Assembly (NCBI RefSeq): GCF_009914755.1
Contig: NC_060931.1
Reading direction: 5' to 3' (one strand)
Origin: the human T2T-CHM13v2.0 reference genome, Homo sapiens
Length of the DNA: 64,000 nt
The notes beneath the pieces were generated by a model, which worked only from the letters and a program-made list of their open reading frames with translations, had not been told where the DNA came from and searched no databases. Made by a program: the position numbers and the translations under genes. Positions within the stretch are counted from its first letter, which is position 1. Each line of letters opens with the position of its first letter. Below are positions 63,715 to 64,000 of this stretch, piece after piece.

Positions 63715-64000
<286 letters not shown>

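Overview
Primate (human-like) genomic DNA covering the middle of SRPK2 (SRSF protein kinase 2) on the minus strand. Eight coding exons (29885-29993, 28726-28813, 28095-28182, 21225-21331, 7203-7368, 5993-6018, 3793-4039, 2717-3199) splice in frame through GT-AG sites. They encode about G66-K503: kinase N-lobe, catalytic HTDIKPEN loop and spacer insert; the ends of the gene lie outside the window. One intron (21332-28094) is U12-type. Everything else is intron, containing about 45 Alus, L1 fragments, two antisense solo LTRs (HERV-K LTR5, ERV9 LTR12), a near-complete HSMAR2 mariner, Tigger/MER elements, microsatellites and a full-length RPLP1 processed pseudogene. No new gene is evident. The most interesting signals are in the splicing code: a 3' splice site carrying both U2 and U12 branch motifs that would allow an in-frame nested U12 skip, a 26-nt microexon that regenerates a donor after splicing, and a candidate 84-nt in-frame cassette exon. 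There is also an 85-bp unique unit present as direct and inverted copies. Repeat subfamily names, residue numbering and literature points come from memory, and repeat boundaries are approximate.
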